Both the position numbers and the translations under genes were made by a program. A DNA stretch of 34,650 nt. It comes from Promethearchaeota archaeon. Its GTDB lineage: Archaea; Asgardarchaeota; Thorarchaeia; Thorarchaeales; Thorarchaeaceae. The stretch spans positions 1 through 34,650 of the forward strand of contig WJMJ01000120.1 of the NCBI GenBank assembly GCA_014728035.1. Direction: 5' to 3'. How positions within the stretch are numbered: position 1 is the stretch's first letter; every line of letters begins with the position of its first letter. Shown piece by piece: positions 30,328 to 34,650 of this stretch. The notes beneath the pieces were generated by a model, which saw only the letters and a list, made by a program, of their open reading frames with translations, did not search any database and was not told where the DNA came from.

Positions 30328-30558
30328 AGCCACTTGAGAAGTACGCTAACAATAGACGTACTGAGTCTGTTCATGTTGGACTAGACCATCAACTCGGTTA
30401 GCAGATGGTCCCGTATCAAAGACAGCATGGATGACTGGCCGACGAAAAGAGGTGTCAAATGATTGCTGCAGTTTCGATAGGCAGCAACTGTGTTAGAACG
30501 ACACCAATATTCGAGACAGATAGAGTCGGAGTCTATTGAGGCTTAGGCTCAAGTGGCT
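30328..30558 (+). ncRNA. Unassigned structured RNA (~231 nt, three-way junction)
   Basis: Seven nested helices read by eye: AGCCACTTGAG/CTCAAGTGGCT, CAATAGAC/GTCTATTG, a 14-bp G-U-containing helix 30364-30378/30423-30436, GACCATC/GATGGTC, CCGAC/GTCGG, GGTGTC/GACACC and TTGCTGC/GCAGCAA. Upstream TATA-like box and downstream T-rich tract. Confidence 0.65.
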
Positions 30559-30635
30559 TCTTTATTTTCGAACAAACTTTGATTAAGTCAGATTAACTTT
30601 TTATCCCGATAGAATTTTATTAGACTTGATGTCAA

Positions 30636-31262
30636 TTGGATTTAGATTTTGAAATAAGAGAGCTGGGACTCACTTCTAAGATAGCTAGATTGATAGATTC
30701 TGAACATACTAAAATCCTCAATAAGATATTGGATTTTACAGTAAATGAGCAAAATGGTCAATTTAGACGTGATTGCCAGTGGCGATATCATGACATGATA
30801 GGTATCGAGTTAGGAACGAAGGGGCATCCACTTTCAACAACAAGAGGAGAGCAAGTATCTGTAAAGAAGGTTGAAGAAATTCACATTGGACAGCCTCATT
30901 TAAACAGGACCTACACAATTTTGGATGGATCTTATCCAGCTTTTCTAAATGATGTTTTACATAACCATCTTGGTGATTCAAGTTGGCTTCTCCCATCAAA
31001 AAGACTTGGACGAAATACGGTCTATGAAGGACAATTAGCAGCGATTCTTATTCTGATAAATCATGCCTGGCGAGATATCTATGAATTCACAATCACAGCC
31101 AAAGACCTTAGTTGGATGGTGGATTATAATCACCATCACTCAGTTTTGATCTATGGGGATGAAGTGGCTGCAAGAGCAAAATTTCTCAGTGAAGAGAGAA
31201 GAAAATGGCGAGATAAAATACTCAGTCTAAGCTATTATCCAAAAAGTACGAAAGGAACATAA
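30636..31262 (+). CDS. Hypothetical protein
   Basis: 208-aa ORF; C-terminal DIYEF..DLSWMVDYNHH..IYG motif, family not confidently named. Confidence 0.6.
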   Translation: MDLDFEIRELGLTSKIARLIDSEHTKILNKILDFTVNEQNGQFRRDCQWRYHDMIGIELGTKGHPLSTTRGEQVSVKKVEEIHIGQPHLNRTYTILDGSYPAFLNDVLHNHLGDSSWLLPSKRLGRNTVYEGQLAAILILINHAWRDIYEFTITAKDLSWMVDYNHHHSVLIYGDEVAARAKFLSEERRKWRDKILSLSYYPKSTKGT

Positions 31263-31267
31263 AATTT

Positions 31268-31579
31268 CTATGATTCTGAAAGATTACTAGCTATCAGTAT
31301 AGCTTTCGCAATAGATGACCCGTCAGCACCAATCAGAGTAGCTTTTGATTCGCTTAAAAATGAGTCAATGTCGCTTGACAAAATCTCTTCATCAAGTGGT
31401 TTTCCAGCAAGATGATCTTCTAGTTCAACTATAGTATTTTCAGGATGAAGGAAGAAGTCTCCTAATATCATTACTCTCTTAATTTTACCATGTTCAACCC
31501 ATAATTTGATTTTGAGAAGTTTTCCATTGGGAATTTTGTAAGTACTCTCTTTCATGGTGTTCACCTTGATAGATTCCAT
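31268..31579 (-). CDS. lplB: Lipoate-protein ligase small subunit (LplB, C-terminal domain)
   Basis: YKIPNGKLLK ... ILGDFFLHPE ... LE..L.G; overlaps the end of lplA. Start may be the ATG at 31555. Confidence 0.85.
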   Translation of the reverse strand: MESIKVNTMKESTYKIPNGKLLKIKLWVEHGKIKRVMILGDFFLHPENTIVELEDHLAGKPLDEEILSSDIDSFLSESKATLIGADGSSIAKAILIASNLSES

Positions 31580-32328
31580 TCGTTCGTAGAATACTTGCTT
31601 TCTACTAGTTCTTCGGCCATATTCATCTCGCGTTGAGTAAGTCGAAGATCATCAAATTCAATATCAAGAGCGCTCTTGAATCCGTTGCGTAATGCTTCTT
31701 CTAATCTTCCGAAATTGATTTCTCCTCCAAGAATCTCTTCAATTGAAATCACTCTATCTTTTACATCAGCAATCATCTTGTCTGAGATTTTTTCTTCAGG
31801 TACCTTTAGAACCGAGAACATTTTTCGTACATCGAGTTTTCGTAAAATGGTACCATGTTGTAAAAGACACCGTTTCTGTCTGGTCTGAGCGTTACCTGAA
31901 ATTTTCTTTCCGTGTGAAGTAATGTCATTGATAGGTTTGAATTCCGATTCAATCCCTAGATGAGCTAACCCGTTGATGAGACCCTGACAAATCATCTGAT
32001 AAGACTCAAGAATATCATCTGGTGCTAACCTGTGTTCTATGGGCACTATCAGACTGTAAGTAATCTCGCCCTGATAGTCGTGGTATACAGCACCACCACC
32101 AGTTACTCTTCTAATGTAGTCAATACCATGATTATTACAGTATTCAAGATCTACTTCATCTCTCATACCTTGAAATGTACCAATTGAGACCGCGGAAGGT
32201 TTCCAGCGATAGAATCTCAGGGTTGGTTGAACATCGCCCTCTCTAACTGAATGCATTACTGCCTCATCAATTGCCATATTTTCATATGCAGTATGAGTCT
32301 CACAACTAACACATCTAAATCGCTCCAA
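31561..32328 (-). CDS. lplA: Lipoate-protein ligase catalytic subunit (LplA)
   Basis: NMAIDEA, RRVTGGGAVYHD, PINDI, KKISGNAQ, LQHGT. Confidence 0.93.
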   Translation of the reverse strand: MERFRCVSCETHTAYENMAIDEAVMHSVREGDVQPTLRFYRWKPSAVSIGTFQGMRDEVDLEYCNNHGIDYIRRVTGGGAVYHDYQGEITYSLIVPIEHRLAPDDILESYQMICQGLINGLAHLGIESEFKPINDITSHGKKISGNAQTRQKRCLLQHGTILRKLDVRKMFSVLKVPEEKISDKMIADVKDRVISIEEILGGEINFGRLEEALRNGFKSALDIEFDDLRLTQREMNMAEELVESKYSTNEWNLSR

Positions 32329-33312
32329 TCATGTCACCATTCCTGTGTCTTCAATAGCTTCTGTTAATTCATCCTCATTAAGTTGTCTGGGAAAGTTGTA
32401 CATAATCCCACCTGGACGTTCATTGTAGTATGGTCTATTGCATCCAGGGCACCCAGAAACCCGAAAAGCCAATCCATTTCTAAGATGATTCATCAGCTCT
32501 TCAGCATCCATGTTAATACGAATCTCTCCCCCTTCGTAAAAGACCTCGTCTCTTGAAATAATTCTATGAGCTATAAGATACCTCAGTACCTGTATTCTTC
32601 GATATACATGCAAATCCGGAGGTTCGTTTTCTTCTAGTTCAGTTCCTTGCACTGGAGTAAATGCAAAGAGTCCAACTGAAACACCTCGACTATACATATC
32701 CAATATGAACTCTGCAGCTTCGCGTTCAGACTCACCGAGCCCAACTATTAGATGAGTTGTCACATGTTGCTTTCCAAAAATGTCAGTTGCTAGCTCAAGA
32801 GTTCTAAGATGGGTCTCGTAGCGATAATCTGATCCAACTTCAGAACCTTTGATTGATTCGAAGAGATAATCGGTACAAGCATCAATTGCAACTCCAATAT
32901 TATTTGCTCCTGCATCATGTATTTTTTGCATGTCAGTTTTTGATACCGGATGGATACAGACTGAGATTTGTGTCTTTGTGAATTCTCTAATAGCTTGAAT
33001 GATTGCAACAGTATCATCTACAACATTATCGTAGTTAAGACACTGAATACAAATTCTTCCAAGTTGGGTCTCTCTAAGCTTTGCCAAAACATTAGTAAAA
33101 GAATGGGTTGGCCAAGCTATCCTTGATAAACGATCACTTGAAGACCTACTTCCTCTCGCTTGAGGACAAAATGCACAGTTAGCTTCACATTTTCCCTCAT
33201 GATGAGTCATTATGAATCCGGTTGTGAAGTATTCTCCGGGTTCACCTTTTTCCAGTCCCAAGGTCATGGCCGTACCGATGGATAGTCTTACCTCTTGAAC
33301 CATTTTCTTCAC
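32329..33312 (-). CDS. Radical SAM protein, LipS2-type lipoyl synthase subunit
   Basis: CEANCAFC radical SAM motif, LSRIAWP, HLIVGLGE, and C-terminal SGCPGCNRPYYNERP matching the LipS2 GCPxC(N/D)RP motif; abuts lplA. Confidence 0.8.
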   Translation of the reverse strand: MKKMVQEVRLSIGTAMTLGLEKGEPGEYFTTGFIMTHHEGKCEANCAFCPQARGSRSSSDRLSRIAWPTHSFTNVLAKLRETQLGRICIQCLNYDNVVDDTVAIIQAIREFTKTQISVCIHPVSKTDMQKIHDAGANNIGVAIDACTDYLFESIKGSEVGSDYRYETHLRTLELATDIFGKQHVTTHLIVGLGESEREAAEFILDMYSRGVSVGLFAFTPVQGTELEENEPPDLHVYRRIQVLRYLIAHRIISRDEVFYEGGEIRINMDAEELMNHLRNGLAFRVSGCPGCNRPYYNERPGGIMYNFPRQLNEDELTEAIEDTGMVT

Positions 33313-33373
33313 GGATTGTTGATATTTCCTTCTCTATAATCATATCGCATAAATTACAAACCAGTCAGATTTT

Positions 33374-34512
33374 TCAAAATGGAAACTCAATTATTTTTTT
33401 CTTCCATATGAAATTACTATATGCACAACCTTCGTTTTCGTACATAGGCACCATATCGCCTTCTGCAATGAAGATTCGTATTATTTCTGAGAAGATGTCA
33501 TGCCATATATCCGTCAAGGCTTCTTCAAATGGGACACCATGCTTTTCAGAAGTAGTTCCCTTGTATTCTTCTTCTAACAGGGATAATTGATTCTGCATAG
33601 ATTCTACAATTATTTCCTCAGTCAATGAATTGAGTCGTTGAAGTGGTACTTCATCATCAGAAGTAAGGATTATTGTTTTTGGAATCCATTCGTCATCTTT
33701 TATGGTAATAATACCACCATCAATCAAGTACTGTTCAATTGTTTCAATTTCATTTGGTTGCAGATTCAATTTCTTTCCTATGATTTCTCTGGTTAATGTT
33801 CCTGAACATATTAAATCCATTATCTTATTCAGAAAACGGAATGAGGCGATTTGCGAGAAAGAAGCAATGGTAAGAGCGAGTTCTTTTGGCTTATCGAAGT
33901 TATTGTAGATCGTCGTTCAACTACGCATTTCAATTTCAGGAGTAACTATTCTACTCTTGGTTGCTTGTCCAAATACGGTATAATTCCATTCATCTGTTCC
34001 TGAAGTAGCTGAATAGCAAAACCTTGAGAAGTTTCTAGCACGAGTTTCATGTGTGATACATTGTAAAAGGAATTTCTCACCATTTGGTTGTTGCTTCATG
34101 TAGTAGATAATCCCATTATCAGACAGCCAACCAAGACTGAGCCAATCCAGAATCATACAACCCAGAATTATATACATTTTTTCTCCAATTGGAACATGGG
34201 AATCTGAATCAATTTGATTAACCAATTTTTTAATCTCTGACCACACTTCTCTTAGTGCGGCAATAATACATTCTGCTACCGATTGAATCGATTCTTTCAT
34301 AGATTCATAATCCTGAATAGTGAAACATGGAAATTGAAGATGGACCATATTATCACTTTTTGCAACAAGTCCTAATCTCGCTAGACGTGTTACCATCTCC
34401 TGTTCTTCCGTTGAACGGTCACTTTCTAGTAACGGTTGTGGAATCAATTTCCCAAGAAATGAAATCACATTTTCACTTCTAGCGACTGTTAAAGGATTGT
34501 CATCTGAAGGCG
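33374..34512 (-). pseudogene. Disrupted hypothetical gene (5'-truncated by the repeat; in-frame TGA at 33917-33919)
   Basis: ORFs 33917..34468 and 33374..33820 share one frame, separated by a single TGA and 32 sense codons. The frame stays open upstream to the repeat junction at 34512. Confidence 0.75.
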
Positions 34513-34650
34513 ACCGTTCATTTTTAGTTGGACAAACTTAGACACCCGAGCTTTGTCCGTCCAGAAACGGTACTGGAACTGGCTCGGTCCTGGTCAGGGA
34601 TCCTGTGTCTGTAGACCAAATCTCTATTCCAGATCACTCCATATAAACTC
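34513..34650. mobile_element. End of a probable multicopy IS-like element (right copy, inverted)
   Basis: Exact reverse complement of 3..140; interrupts a coding frame. Confidence 0.7.

Noticed and set aside
30328-30558. RNase P RNA, SRP RNA, tmRNA or SECIS identity for the structured RNA
   Set aside because: GGCTTA precedes the closing stem, but GAGGAAAGTCC and ACANAA are missing. There is no SRP helix-8 motif, no tRNA-like CCA end, and the ATGA at 30459 has no opposing GA.
33917-33919. Selenocysteine codon
   Set aside because: No CxxU-like context, no visible SECIS in the short 3' gap, and the gene is already disrupted by an insertion.
1-34650. Linear virus, plasmid or Borg-like element with terminal inverted repeats
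   Set aside because: No polymerase, capsid, terminal protein or tandem-repeat arrays. The content is housekeeping, and the right repeat interrupts a gene.

Overview
AT-rich archaeal chromosomal segment, most likely from an Asgard archaeon (Thorarchaeia-like). This assignment is inferred from archaeal TATA and GAGGTG Shine-Dalgarno (SD) signals, an archaeal DNA ligase, a LipS2-LplA-LplB cluster, a bacterial-type PfkA and an expanded LRR family. Both ends carry the same 138-bp sequence in inverted orientation (3..140 and 34513..34650). This is probably one end of a multicopy mobile element at which the assembly broke, and the right copy truncates a gene that also has an in-frame TGA. Coding content: GH10 xylanase, a surface protein, a PAS-wHTH regulator, three ~720-aa LRR paralogues sharing an unassigned C-terminal domain, PfkA, CorA, a Ca/Na antiporter, a peroxiredoxin lacking its peroxidatic Cys, an ATP-grasp protein, a coiled-coil/wHTH cluster, DNA ligase and lipoylation genes. 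The most striking unannotated element is a ~231-nt, highly base-paired, Y-shaped RNA candidate (30328..30558). It has its own promoter-like and terminator-like signals, contains a 26-codon ORF whose SD is sequestered in a helix, and lies directly downstream of a PD-(D/E)XK-like gene.
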